A stretch of DNA of 62,141 nucleotides, the filler included. It is 5 parts of 5 records of this genome, joined end to end, with 100 filler letters (N's around TTAATTAATTAA, not from the genome) between each part and the next. Parts side by side here need not be neighbours in the genome. Positions count along the whole stretch, not along the records: positions 16,410 to 36,661 come from SRR22947725_1508; 4 more parts are not named here. The stretch is one strand, 5' to 3'. The notes below the pieces were generated by a model. The model saw only the letters and a list, made by a program, of their open reading frames with translations. It searched no databases and was not told the DNA's origin. Of this stretch, positions 21,276 through 31,068 are shown one piece after another (position 1 is the stretch's first letter; every line of letters starts with the position of its first letter). The translations under genes and the position numbers were made by a program.

Positions 21276-22057
21276 TTTAAATCCTCTTTTATTAAATCAC
21301 TTATAGTTTTTTGGTTATCATAAGAAATAAATTCACCATTTTTTATATAAGATATATGTCCTGTTTCTTCTGAAACGACGATAGCCAATGCATCAGTTTT
21401 TTCTGTTATACCTACAGCTGCTTTATGTCTTAACCCAAATCTATTAGGTATTTGTTTGTCATTATTAATTGGAAGTACAACTCTTGTGGCTTTTATTGTA
21501 TTATTAGCTATAATAACAGCGCCATCGTGAAGAGGACTGTTTTTGAAAAAGATACTTTCAAGAATTGGTTGAGTTACTGAAATATTCATTTGATCCCCAG
21601 TTTCCAGTAAAAAATTCAAACTGTTGTTTCTTTCAATAATTATTAATGCACCAGTCTTAGATTCAGCCATATTTTGACTTGCATTGACAATAGAGTTAAT
21701 ATCAGTATCAATATTATCTTGATTTTTTATAAAATTGAATTTTTCTATAATAGAACCTTTTTTTGAAATATTTGCTGAACCAATCATTAATAAAAATTTT
21801 CTTATTTCAGGCTGAAAAACTACAATAAGAGCTATTATACCAACACTCATAAACCCATCAATAATTATACTCAATAACTTCATGTTCAAGAAATCTGTTA
21901 TTCTCCACGTAAAGTAAATAAGTATAATTCCTATAAATATATTTATAGCTACAGTTCCTCTAAGTAGTCTATATGAAGAATATAAAAGAAGTGCAACTAA
22001 AAACACGTCTGCAAAATCAACCAGAGAAAAATTTAATATTTCTTTAAAAACATCCAT
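21272..22057 (-). CDS. cdaA: Diadenylate cyclase CdaA/DacA
   Basis: Three transmembrane helices, VFQPEIRKFL, SPLHDGA, GLRHKAA and VSEETG; downstream of folP. Confidence 0.88.
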   Translation of the reverse strand: MDVFKEILNFSLVDFADVFLVALLLYSSYRLLRGTVAINIFIGIILIYFTWRITDFLNMKLLSIIIDGFMSVGIIALIVVFQPEIRKFLLMIGSANISKKGSIIEKFNFIKNQDNIDTDINSIVNASQNMAESKTGALIIIERNNSLNFLLETGDQMNISVTQPILESIFFKNSPLHDGAVIIANNTIKATRVVLPINNDKQIPNRFGLRHKAAVGITEKTDALAIVVSEETGHISYIKNGEFISYDNQKTISDLIKEDLN

Positions 22058-22079
22058 TGACTGATAAATATACACATAA

Positions 22080-22913
22080 TTATTGTTTATTAAATTGGTT
22101 TGTAATCTTTATACATTCCATAGCTTCTTTAACATCGTGAACTCTAAGAATTGTAGCACCATTTAATAGAGCTATAGTATTTAATGATGTTGTTCCATTT
22201 AAAGCAAGTTCAGGGGTGGTTTTTAGTAATTTGTAAATCATTGATTTTCTCGACAAACCTACAAGGATAGGTAATTCTAAAGATTTTAGTAAATCTAAAT
22301 TTTTAAGTAAGCCATAATTTTGGTCAATATTTTTAGAGAATCCAAATCCAGGATCTATAATTATATCATTGACTTTAGCAGTTCTGACAGCTTCTATTTT
22401 TTTTGAAAAGTAGTAAAGTATATCTATTAGTAAGTTCTTGTATTTATTTTGTTTCATCATGTTGTTAGGCATACCTTTCATATGCATCATCACGTAAGGA
22501 GCATTATGTTTGTAAGCAATTTTTAATATATTAGAATCATATTCACTAGCTGTTATATCATTAATAATTGAAGCACCAGCATTTAAACATTCATCTGCTA
22601 TGGTACTTCTGAAGGTATCAATAGATAAATTTGCTTCTGGAAATTCGGTAGCCAATAATTCAACAATACCAATTATTCTGCTTTTTTCTTCATCTTCAGA
22701 TATATGAGTTGCTCCAGGCCTTGAACTGTAAGCTCCAATATCAATAAATGTTGCACCATCATTTAACATTTTCTCAGCTTGATTTAATATTTTTTTTTCA
22801 TTGTTAAACTTGTTTCCATCATAAAATGAGTCTGGAGTAAGATTTAAAACACCCATCACTTTTGGTGATGAAATGTCAATTAATTTTCCTTTACAATTTA
22901 TGTTCATTTTCAT
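22080..22913 (-). CDS. folP: Dihydropteroate synthase
   Basis: MGVLNLTPDSFYDG, DIGAYSSRPG, IDPGFGF, GLSRKS and LRVHDV. Confidence 0.96.
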   Translation of the reverse strand: MKMNINCKGKLIDISSPKVMGVLNLTPDSFYDGNKFNNEKKILNQAEKMLNDGATFIDIGAYSSRPGATHISEDEEKSRIIGIVELLATEFPEANLSIDTFRSTIADECLNAGASIINDITASEYDSNILKIAYKHNAPYVMMHMKGMPNNMMKQNKYKNLLIDILYYFSKKIEAVRTAKVNDIIIDPGFGFSKNIDQNYGLLKNLDLLKSLELPILVGLSRKSMIYKLLKTTPELALNGTTSLNTIALLNGATILRVHDVKEAMECIKITNQFNKQ

Positions 22914-23013
22914 CTGTAGATTATATAAAAATTAATAACTTTTAAAAGTTTAATATTGAATGTTTGAAGTTTAAAAATATTTAAGCGAAATTTACGTAAA
23001 ATTCATCTTAGTT

Positions 23014-23550
23014 ATGCAAAATACTATAAAACAATATGATTATGTTATTAACCAGTGCAGAGATCTCTTTTCAAAGAAAATGAAAGATTATGGTTCTGCA
23101 TGGAGGATTTTGAGATTATCTTCATTAACAGATCAAATATTTATTAAAGCACAACGAATAAGAGGTTTACAACAAAATGACACAAGAAAAGTTGATGAAG
23201 GTCAATATTCTGAATTTATAGGCATAATTAATTATTCAATAATGGCTCTTATTCAAATTGAGAAAGGTATTGTTGAACATCCAGATTTAAATTTAGATGA
23301 ATCCTTAGATTTATTTAATAATCACAGTGAATTAACCAAATCCTTGATGGTAAATAAAAACCACGATTATGGTGAGGCTTGGAGGGATATGAGAGTTAGT
23401 TCATTGACAGATTTAATTTTACAGAAGCTTTTAAGAGTTAAACAAATTGAGGATAACAAAGGAGAGACCTTGGTAAGTGAAGGCATTGATGCGAATTACC
23501 AGGATATTGTTAATTATGCTGTTTTTGCTCTAATACATTTAAAAAAATAA
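23014..23550 (+). CDS. DUF1599 domain protein (two tandem copies)
   Basis: K..DYG.AWR..R.SSLTD...K..R...EG......I.NY...ALI occurs twice, 93 codons apart. Confidence 0.82.
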   Translation: MQNTIKQYDYVINQCRDLFSKKMKDYGSAWRILRLSSLTDQIFIKAQRIRGLQQNDTRKVDEGQYSEFIGIINYSIMALIQIEKGIVEHPDLNLDESLDLFNNHSELTKSLMVNKNHDYGEAWRDMRVSSLTDLILQKLLRVKQIEDNKGETLVSEGIDANYQDIVNYAVFALIHLKK

Positions 23551-23553
23551 TAT

Positions 23554-24657
23554 ATGAAGTACCTAGTTAATATTTCGAGAATCCTCGTTGGTTTATTATT
23601 TATATTCTCAGGTTTAATAAAAATTAATGATCCTGTTGGGTTTTCTTTTAAACTTGAGGAGTATTTTGGACCTACAGTCTTTAATATTGACTTTTTACTG
23701 CCCTATGTATTGCCATTGGCTATATTTATCGTGGTTTTAGAAGTTTTATTAGGGGTATTTCTCTTGATTGGATTAAAAAAAGAATTCACTATTTATAGTC
23801 TTTTTGCAATGATAGTCTTCTTTACTTTTTTAACTTGGTATTCTGCTTATTTTAATAAGGTTACTGACTGTGGATGTTTTGGTGATGCTATTAAATTGAC
23901 ACCCTGGGAATCCTTTACCAAAGATGTAATACTACTAGTTTTAATCGTTATAATTATGATTGGCTTAAAGTATATTAAGCCGCTTTTTAATAATAAATTA
24001 TTATATATTTTCCCATCAATTTCTTTGATTTTATGCATATTAATTGTTAATCAAGTACTATCTCATTTACCATTAATTGACTTTAGACCTTATAAAGTGG
24101 GAGCTAACATTATTGATAATATGGTGATTCCTGAAGATTCAAAAAAAGCGGTATTTAGATATGATTGGCTTTTTAATATTAATGGAGAAAAGAAAGTAAT
24201 ATCAACATCCGGTAATTTTCCAGATTCGGAAGGAACTTTTGTCTCTGTAGATACAGAACTTATTGAAGAAGGCTATGAACCTCCTATCCTTGACTTTTCA
24301 ATGGAATTAGGAGATATTGATTATACAGATGTGCTTATGAAAGAACAAAAACTAATAATTTTTGTTTTTTATAATATTTCAAAAACAAATAACGATGCGA
24401 TAGTTGGTTTGAAAGAGACTGTTGAGTTAGCTGTTATAAATGATTACAAAGTAATTGGACTTACCGCATCTGGAGAAATTGACGTTAATAGTTTTGAATC
24501 TGAAAATGACATTGATATTGATTTTTATTTTTGTGATGAAACTGCACTAAAAACCATAGTTAGATCTAATCCTGCTGCAATAAAATTACATGAGGGTACA
24601 ATTATTCAAAAAACTCATTGGAATGATTTTCAAGCATTAAATTTAACTAACCTCTAA
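23554..24657 (+). CDS. DoxX/MauE-like membrane protein with thioredoxin-like C-terminus (BT_3928 family)
   Basis: FIFSGLIK..DP.GF, DCGCFGDAI, DFRPYKVG and DETALKTIVRSNP. Confidence 0.8.
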   Translation: MKYLVNISRILVGLLFIFSGLIKINDPVGFSFKLEEYFGPTVFNIDFLLPYVLPLAIFIVVLEVLLGVFLLIGLKKEFTIYSLFAMIVFFTFLTWYSAYFNKVTDCGCFGDAIKLTPWESFTKDVILLVLIVIIMIGLKYIKPLFNNKLLYIFPSISLILCILIVNQVLSHLPLIDFRPYKVGANIIDNMVIPEDSKKAVFRYDWLFNINGEKKVISTSGNFPDSEGTFVSVDTELIEEGYEPPILDFSMELGDIDYTDVLMKEQKLIIFVFYNISKTNNDAIVGLKETVELAVINDYKVIGLTASGEIDVNSFESENDIDIDFYFCDETALKTIVRSNPAAIKLHEGTIIQKTHWNDFQALNLTNL

Positions 24658-25728
24658 ATGTACTTACTAAATAAATTTTTATATTCTATAATTACTTTAT
24701 TTGGTGTTGTTACTGTTATCTTTTTTCTCTTTAGTGTTTTACCTGGTGACCCTGCACAAATGATGTTAGGTCAGAACGATAATTCAGAGCAGCTTATTAA
24801 TATCAAAAAAAAATATGCTTTTGATAAACCTGTTAGTGAGCAATACTTACTTTATTTAAATGATTTGTCTCCCCTTTCAATTCACTCTAAAAATATTGAT
24901 GATTATACTTTCTTGGTAAAGAATAAATATAATCACAAGACTATTTTTCAAACTAACTCAAGTGTTTTTGTTATCAAATTCCCTTATTTAAGAACATCTT
25001 TTACTAAACAAGGTAAAAATGTTAGTGAAATTATTAAAAACACACTTCCCAACACACTTATTTTAGCAATCTCTTCAATTTTTATTGCTATAGTTATTGG
25101 AATTTTATTTGGTGTTATTTCTGCACTTAATAAAGATAGATTTATTGATAATTTCATTCAATTTATTAGTACAGTAGGAATGAGTGTGCCATCATTTTTT
25201 AGTGCAATAATATTTGCCTGGGTATTTGGTTTTATTTTAAATGAATATACGAATCTAAATATGACAGGAAATATTTATGAGCTTGATGATTTTGGAGAAG
25301 AATACATATTTAAGTTAAAAAATCTAATTCTTCCATCAATTGTATTAGGAATTAGGCCACTAGCAGTTATTAGTCAACTAATGAGAAATGAATTATTAGA
25401 TGTTTTGTCTCAAGATTATATAAGAACGGCAAGATCTAAAGGGCTTACTGAATACCAGATTATTAAATTTCATGCTTTAAAAAATTCTTTAAACCCAGTA
25501 ATAACTGCAATTTCAGGATGGTTTGCCTCTATGTTAGCCGGTGCAGTCTTTGTTGAATATATATTTGGTTGGAATGGCTTAGGTAAAGAGATAGTAAATG
25601 CCTTAAATACATTAGATTTGCCAGTAATTATGGGTTCTGTACTTGTAATAGCTTTTATGTTTATTACAATTAATATTATAGTTGATTTCGTATATAGACT
25701 TTTAGACCCTAGAGTTAAATTAAATTAA
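24658..25728 (+). CDS. DppB/OppB-like ABC permease (orphan)
   Basis: LPGDPA, SVPSFF, DYIRTARSKG (EAA loop), VEYIF.W.GLG and LDPRV. Confidence 0.9.
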   Translation: MYLLNKFLYSIITLFGVVTVIFFLFSVLPGDPAQMMLGQNDNSEQLINIKKKYAFDKPVSEQYLLYLNDLSPLSIHSKNIDDYTFLVKNKYNHKTIFQTNSSVFVIKFPYLRTSFTKQGKNVSEIIKNTLPNTLILAISSIFIAIVIGILFGVISALNKDRFIDNFIQFISTVGMSVPSFFSAIIFAWVFGFILNEYTNLNMTGNIYELDDFGEEYIFKLKNLILPSIVLGIRPLAVISQLMRNELLDVLSQDYIRTARSKGLTEYQIIKFHALKNSLNPVITAISGWFASMLAGAVFVEYIFGWNGLGKEIVNALNTLDLPVIMGSVLVIAFMFITINIIVDFVYRLLDPRVKLN

Positions 25729-25739
25729 AAAATAAAAAA

Positions 25740-26492
25740 ATGACAAGAAAAAAAATTGTAGCAGGAAATTGGAAAATGAATAATGGTTTACAAGAAACAG
25801 AAATTTTAATAAATGAATTACTAGCAGAAACTAACCACTCTGGGTGTGAAGTTATGGTTGCGCCTTCATTTGTAAGTCTAAAAACTGCAATAGATTCTTT
25901 AAACGATAATGATATTGAAGTAGTTTCTCAAAATGTACATCAAAGTAATGATGGAGCTTATACTGGTGAGGTTTCTGCAAAAATGTTGTCAAGTATTGGA
26001 ATTAAGACTACAATAATTGGTCACAGTGAAAGAAGAGAGTATTTTAGTGAAACACATGAAATATTAAAAAATAAAGTTGATATTTCACTGCAAAACTCTA
26101 TCAAAATTATCTTCTGCTTTGGTGAAGAATTAAAGGACAGAAAAACTAATAATCATTTCAATATTATATCTAATCAAATTTCAGAATCTTTATTTCACCT
26201 AAGCTCCTCAGACTGGGATAATATTATTTTAGCATATGAACCGATTTGGGCAATAGGAACCGGAGAAACAGCAAGCTCGGATCAAGTTCAAGAAATGCAT
26301 AGTTTTATAAGGAATTTTATTGGACAAAAATATAGCAATGAATTAGCACAAAAAATATCTATTTTATATGGTGGTAGTGTAAAGCCTAATAATGCAAAAG
26401 AAATATTTTCAATGACAGATGTTGATGGAGGGTTAATTGGTGGAGCTTCATTAAAATCTAAAGATTTCTTTTCAATCGTAAACTCATTTTAA
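25740..26492 (+). CDS. tpiA: Triosephosphate isomerase
   Basis: AGNWKMN, GAYTGE, GHSERR, AYEPIWAIGTG, YGGSV and GGLIGGAS. Confidence 0.98.
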   Translation: MTRKKIVAGNWKMNNGLQETEILINELLAETNHSGCEVMVAPSFVSLKTAIDSLNDNDIEVVSQNVHQSNDGAYTGEVSAKMLSSIGIKTTIIGHSERREYFSETHEILKNKVDISLQNSIKIIFCFGEELKDRKTNNHFNIISNQISESLFHLSSSDWDNIILAYEPIWAIGTGETASSDQVQEMHSFIRNFIGQKYSNELAQKISILYGGSVKPNNAKEIFSMTDVDGGLIGGASLKSKDFFSIVNSF

Positions 26493-27337
26493 TGTCTGAG
26501 AGACTTTTTGTTTGTTATGACTTCAAAGTTGACCCCCTATATCCAGGTTGTGAAATTTTAATAGCTCAGTTAAGTCAATTAGGTTTTGATAGTTTTCAAG
26601 AAAATAATGATGGTATTTCCGCATATATTGACTCTACTATATTGTCTTCTGTGCGTGTTGAAGATATTCAAATTTTAAATTCAATTGAGTTTGATATATC
26701 CTTCGAATTTTATAATGTTAAAAAGCAAAATTGGAATATTAAATGGGAAAGTAATTTTGAACCTATTTATGTAGATAAAACTTGTTGTGTTCGAGCTCCA
26801 TTTCATAAAAAAAGTAATTATAAATATGACTTAGTTATTGAGCCAAAAATGAGTTTTGGTACTGGGCACCATGAAACTACATCAATGATGATAAGCTTTA
26901 TTTTAGCGAATAGTTTTTCTAATTCATCAGTCTGTGACATTGGTAGTGGTACCGGAGTTTTAGCAATTTTAGCAGAAAAAAGAGGTGCAAATAGAATTGA
27001 TGCGATTGATATTGATAACTGGTGTTATTTAAATTCTATAGAGAATATCGAAAGAAATAACTCTAAAAACGTTAATGTTTACGAAGGGGAAGTTGAAAAG
27101 TTATTGCAGTTTACTTATGATAACATTTTTGCTAATATTAACTTAAATGTATTGTTAGTTGATATACCTATCTATTCTACAATGTTAAATACTGGTGGAC
27201 TACTTTATCTGAGTGGATTTTATAAAAAAGATATTAAAAGTATCGAAAAAGTCGCAGAAATTTCTAATCTTTCTTTGGTCGATTCTAAAGTTAAAAATCA
27301 ATGGGTTGCTTTAAAATTTGCTAAAACAAATCGCTAG
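26492..27337 (+). CDS. prmA: Ribosomal protein L11 methyltransferase
   Basis: EPKMSFGTGHHETT, DIGSGTGVLAI and ANIN. Confidence 0.93.
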   Translation: MSERLFVCYDFKVDPLYPGCEILIAQLSQLGFDSFQENNDGISAYIDSTILSSVRVEDIQILNSIEFDISFEFYNVKKQNWNIKWESNFEPIYVDKTCCVRAPFHKKSNYKYDLVIEPKMSFGTGHHETTSMMISFILANSFSNSSVCDIGSGTGVLAILAEKRGANRIDAIDIDNWCYLNSIENIERNNSKNVNVYEGEVEKLLQFTYDNIFANINLNVLLVDIPIYSTMLNTGGLLYLSGFYKKDIKSIEKVAEISNLSLVDSKVKNQWVALKFAKTNR

Positions 27338-28749
27338 CTAGCACATTGTGCAAAAGAGCTGTAGCAACTTTCATTTAGATTACTTTTTTTTATTGCTCCA
27401 AAACCTCCAGCAACATCAATTAAGTTTTCAAATCCTTTTTGTTTTAGAATAGAAATAGCAATTACTGATCGATACCCACCAGCACAATGGACATAAATAT
27501 CATCTTCTTTATCAATATCATCCAATTCATTTTTAATATTACTTAAGGGTATGTTTTGACTTGCTTCAATATGATTATTATTGTATTCAGAAACTTTTCT
27601 AACATCTAAAATATTAATTTTATTAACTTTTAAAGTGTCTACAAATGAAGTAGCTGAAACTGATTTAAGGGTTGATATTTTATTTTTGTTTTTCTTCCAA
27701 GTTTTAAATCCTCCTTTTAAATATCCAATGCAGTTGTCATATCCTACTCTCGAGAGTCTTGTTATAGCCTCGGTTTCTTTTCCAAGTGGGGTTATTAAAA
27801 GAATCTTTTGATTAATGTCTTTAATTAAAGTTCCAACCCATGGGGCAAATGTGCCATTTAATCCAATAAAAAGTGAATTAGGGATGTGTCCATCTATAAA
27901 GTCTTTTTGATTTCTAACATCTAAAATTATTGTATCATTACTTACTGAAAGTAATTCAAAATCATTGATTTCTAAAGGAACTAAATTTTTCTCTAAAACT
28001 GTTTCAAAATCAACATACCCCTCTTGGTTAAGTTTTACATTTAATGGAAAATATGTTGGGGGTTCAGGTAAATTGTCAGTAAGTTCTTTTATGAAAGCAA
28101 CTTTTGAGAAGGAGCCATTAAGCGCATAATTGATTTTTTTTTGATTAGCTAAAGTGTCAACAGTTTCTTTCATCATATTTTTACCACAAGCTGATCCAGC
28201 TCCATGACCTGGATAAACCATTAGTTCGTCTGAAAGTGGTTTAATTCTATTGTTAACAGACTCATATAAAATGCCTGCAAGTTCCTCTTTTGAAACACCC
28301 ATATATCTTTGAGCTACATCAGGAATACCAACATCTCCTAAAAATAGAGTATCTCCTGTAAATATGCTGTGATCTTTTCCGAATTCATCTTTTAGTAAAT
28401 ATGTAGTGCTTTCTAAAGTATGACCGGGAGTATGAATTGCTGTTAAAGTTATTTTGCCAATTTTAAACTGATCATTATCATTGGCTATTATTGCCTCAAA
28501 ATCAGGATCTGCATTTGGTCCATATACAATTGATGCACCTGTTTTTTTGGCAAGGCTTAAATGTCCACTAACAAAATCAGCATGGAAATGTGTTTCAAAA
28601 ACATATTTAATCTTTGAATTCGATTTTTTAGCTAATTCAATATATTCGGAAATTTCCCTGAGTGGATCAATTACTGCAGCTTCTCCATCACTTTCAATAT
28701 AATAAGCTCCTTGAGCTAGGCATTTTGTATATATCTGTTCAATTTTCAT
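27334..28749 (-). CDS. MBL-fold hydrolase / persulfide-dioxygenase-like protein with two rhodanese domains
   Basis: ETHFHADFVSGH, HTPGHT, FTGDTLF, YPGHGAGSACG, LDVR twice and HCAGGYRS. Confidence 0.9.
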   Translation of the reverse strand: MKIEQIYTKCLAQGAYYIESDGEAAVIDPLREISEYIELAKKSNSKIKYVFETHFHADFVSGHLSLAKKTGASIVYGPNADPDFEAIIANDNDQFKIGKITLTAIHTPGHTLESTTYLLKDEFGKDHSIFTGDTLFLGDVGIPDVAQRYMGVSKEELAGILYESVNNRIKPLSDELMVYPGHGAGSACGKNMMKETVDTLANQKKINYALNGSFSKVAFIKELTDNLPEPPTYFPLNVKLNQEGYVDFETVLEKNLVPLEINDFELLSVSNDTIILDVRNQKDFIDGHIPNSLFIGLNGTFAPWVGTLIKDINQKILLITPLGKETEAITRLSRVGYDNCIGYLKGGFKTWKKNKNKISTLKSVSATSFVDTLKVNKINILDVRKVSEYNNNHIEASQNIPLSNIKNELDDIDKEDDIYVHCAGGYRSVIAISILKQKGFENLIDVAGGFGAIKKSNLNESCYSSFAQCAS

Positions 28750-28767
28750 AGTCTAATTTATGCAATG

Positions 28768-28775
28768 CAAATATA
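28768..28775 (-). promoter_or_regulatory. Bacteroidota -7 promoter element for the MBL-rhodanese gene
   Basis: Minus strand reads TATATTTG(CA), 18 nt before ATG 28749. Confidence 0.6.
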
Positions 28776-28783
28776 ATATTCTA

Positions 28784-28921
28784 TTAGGTAAAATAATAAA
28801 TAATAATAGCTCCAATAATAAGGCCTTTAAAAAAAGAGACCCACAATGCTGTATAACTACTTATTTTCCAATAGTCTAAACTTTTTTTTACCATTTTTTT
28901 ATGCCAATCGAAGAAAATCAT
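28784..28921 (-). CDS. Uncalled 45-aa membrane microprotein
   Basis: MIFFDWHKKMVKKSLDYWKISSYTALWVSFFKGLIIGAIIIYYFT*; its ATG overlaps the TGA of the upstream ORF (ATGA); hydrophobic C-terminus. Confidence 0.65.
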   Translation of the reverse strand: MIFFDWHKKMVKKSLDYWKISSYTALWVSFFKGLIIGAIIIYYFT

Positions 28922-29121
28922 ATTTTGTAAATTTTTTTTCTAACTTTTAATATAACAATTCCTAATGAAATATATATAATTGTTTTCCAGATAGTTGTTC
29001 CAGAGCCAATAGTCATAACTGCGATACTAAATAGTTCAAGGTCTACCTCACCAGCCCATATAAAACATATAATAGCTAATATTAACATTAAAATAGATAG
29101 TAACTTTTTCATTTTTTTCAT
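28918..29121 (-). CDS. Small hypothetical membrane protein (about 64-67 aa, two hydrophobic segments)
   Basis: Fills an otherwise empty gap, has a basic N-terminus and overlaps the next ORF by ATGA. Confidence 0.6.
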   Translation of the reverse strand: MKKMKKLLSILMLILAIICFIWAGEVDLELFSIAVMTIGSGTTIWKTIIYISLGIVILKVRKKIYKI

Positions 29122-29166
29122 TTTATTTGAATAATCTAATTTAAGGATTAATTAATTTAGTATTTA

Positions 29167-29964
29167 ATGGATCTAAAGATATTTCATATTGATGCCTTTG
29201 TTAGTGAATTTTGCAAAGGGAGTACCGCATGTATTGTGCCTTTGGATGATTGGCTTCAAGATATAGATCTTTTAAAAATAAGTAGAAGAAATTCTGTTCC
29301 AGAAACTGCATTTATAATTATAAAAAAAAATAAAGTACTACTAAGATGGTTTACCCCTGAGATTGAAATGGATTTATGTGGTCACGCCACTTTAGCTGCT
29401 GCACACTGCTTAATAAATGAACTTAAATATAATTCTGATAAAATTATATTTGAAACTTTAAGTGGGATGCTTGAAGTACACGTGAAAAAAAATGTATATC
29501 AATTAAACTTTCCATCTAGAATTCCTTTACAAACTACACTTCCCAATATAATAAAAAAAGCTATTAGTATTCAACCAAAATTTGTTTTAAAGTCTAGAGA
29601 TTACATTTTAGTTTATGAATGTGAATCTGATATCAAAAATATTTCTGTAGATAAAAAAATATTAGATCAAATAAATCTTGACCCTGGGGGTGTATGTGTC
29701 ACATCTGTAGGAAATAGTTCTGATTTTGTTTCAAGATTTTTTACACCACAATCTTCAATATTAGAAGATCCAGTTACAGGATCTGCGCACTGTTCATTGG
29801 TCCCTTACTGGGCTGCTATTTTAAAAAAACACACTTTGAAAGCTCTACAAATATCAGACAGAGGTGGATTATTAATTTGCGAAAACAAAGGAAAAAGAGT
29901 CATCATTGGTGGTAAAGCTATTACATTTTTTAAAGAAAAATTGAGTTTAAAATCAATCTTATAA
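29167..29964 (+). CDS. PhzF family isomerase/epimerase
   Basis: IDAF, ETAF, LRWFTP..E.DLCGHATLA, SRFF.P, EDPVTGSAHC and RGG. Confidence 0.9.
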   Translation: MDLKIFHIDAFVSEFCKGSTACIVPLDDWLQDIDLLKISRRNSVPETAFIIIKKNKVLLRWFTPEIEMDLCGHATLAAAHCLINELKYNSDKIIFETLSGMLEVHVKKNVYQLNFPSRIPLQTTLPNIIKKAISIQPKFVLKSRDYILVYECESDIKNISVDKKILDQINLDPGGVCVTSVGNSSDFVSRFFTPQSSILEDPVTGSAHCSLVPYWAAILKKHTLKALQISDRGGLLICENKGKRVIIGGKAITFFKEKLSLKSIL

Positions 29965-29975
29965 AAAGTATCTGT

Positions 29976-30010
29976 TTTATTTGGATTTGTTCTAAATAAA
30001 CATAATTTTG
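29976..30010 (+). promoter_or_regulatory. Fur-like operator overlapping a Bacteroidota promoter of the Fe3+ ABC operon
   Basis: Imperfect inverted repeat TTTATTTGGATTTGTTCTAAATAAA (29976-30000); -33 TTTG at 29980-29983; 19-bp spacer; -7 TAATTTTG at 30003-30010. Confidence 0.65.
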
Positions 30011-30039
30011 TCTCTTTAATAATTTAAAAATTTAATCAG

Positions 30040-31068
30040 ATGAAAAGAGTTATAATATTTATATCGACGATTTTAGTTTTGTCAAGTTGTGGTGAGACTT
30101 CTAAGGAGTCTGATGAAATTAATTTATACAGTCAAAGACACTATAAAGTTGATGAACAACAATATGAAGCTTTTGAAAAAGAAACTGGAATAAAAGTCAA
30201 TGTTGTAAAGGCTAATGCTGATGAACTTATAGAGCGTCTTAAAAATGAAGGTGATAATAGTCCAGCTGATTTATTTATTACTGTAGATGCTGGTAAACTT
30301 CAAAAAGCAAAAGATTTAGATTTACTTCAAAAAATATCTTCACCAATAATTAATCAAAATGTTGATATTGACTTAAAAGATGTTAATGGATACTGGATAC
30401 CAATAACCTATAGAGCTAGGATTATAGTTTATAGTAAAGAAAGAGTAAATGTTGGTGAATTATCTACATATGCTAATTTAACCAATGAGAAATGGAGAAA
30501 TAAAGTTTTAGTTAGATCTTCATCTAACGCATACAATCAAGCTTTGTTATCCTCAATTGTAGCCAATAGAGGGGAAGAAGCAGCTACAAATTGGGCTAGT
30601 GAACTTGTTAAAAATTTTGCTAGAGACCCTAAAGGAAATGATAGAGATCAAGTAAAGGCTATTACAGCTGGACAAGGAGACCTTGCTATAGTAAATTCAT
30701 ATTACATTGGACTTTTACTTTCATCAGAAAATGATGAAGAAATAAAAGCGGGTAATTCTGTTGGTGTCTTTTTCCCTAATCAGGGTGAAGAAGAATCAGG
30801 AAGTCATATTAACGTTTCTGGAATTGGGTTGGCTAAGAACGCTCCTAACAAAGAAAATGCGATTAAATTAATGGAATTTTTAACAAGTGAGTCTGCTCAA
30901 AAAACTTACACTAATACTAGTTATGAATATCCAGCTAATCCAAACGTAGAGCCAAACGAAATTGTAAAAAAATGGGGCTCTTTCAAAAAAGATATTCTAG
31001 ATTTGAACCAATTGGGGGTTTTTAGAAATAGAGCCATTGAAATATTTGATAAATCAGGTTGGAAATAA
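30040..31068 (+). CDS. Fe(3+) ABC transporter substrate-binding lipoprotein (FutA/FbpA type)
   Basis: LSSC lipobox; YSQRHY, TVDAG.L, RSSSNAYNQ, GNDRDQ, NSYY, HINVSG and EYP. Confidence 0.92.
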   Translation: MKRVIIFISTILVLSSCGETSKESDEINLYSQRHYKVDEQQYEAFEKETGIKVNVVKANADELIERLKNEGDNSPADLFITVDAGKLQKAKDLDLLQKISSPIINQNVDIDLKDVNGYWIPITYRARIIVYSKERVNVGELSTYANLTNEKWRNKVLVRSSSNAYNQALLSSIVANRGEEAATNWASELVKNFARDPKGNDRDQVKAITAGQGDLAIVNSYYIGLLLSSENDEEIKAGNSVGVFFPNQGEEESGSHINVSGIGLAKNAPNKENAIKLMEFLTSESAQKTYTNTSYEYPANPNVEPNEIVKKWGSFKKDILDLNQLGVFRNRAIEIFDKSGWK

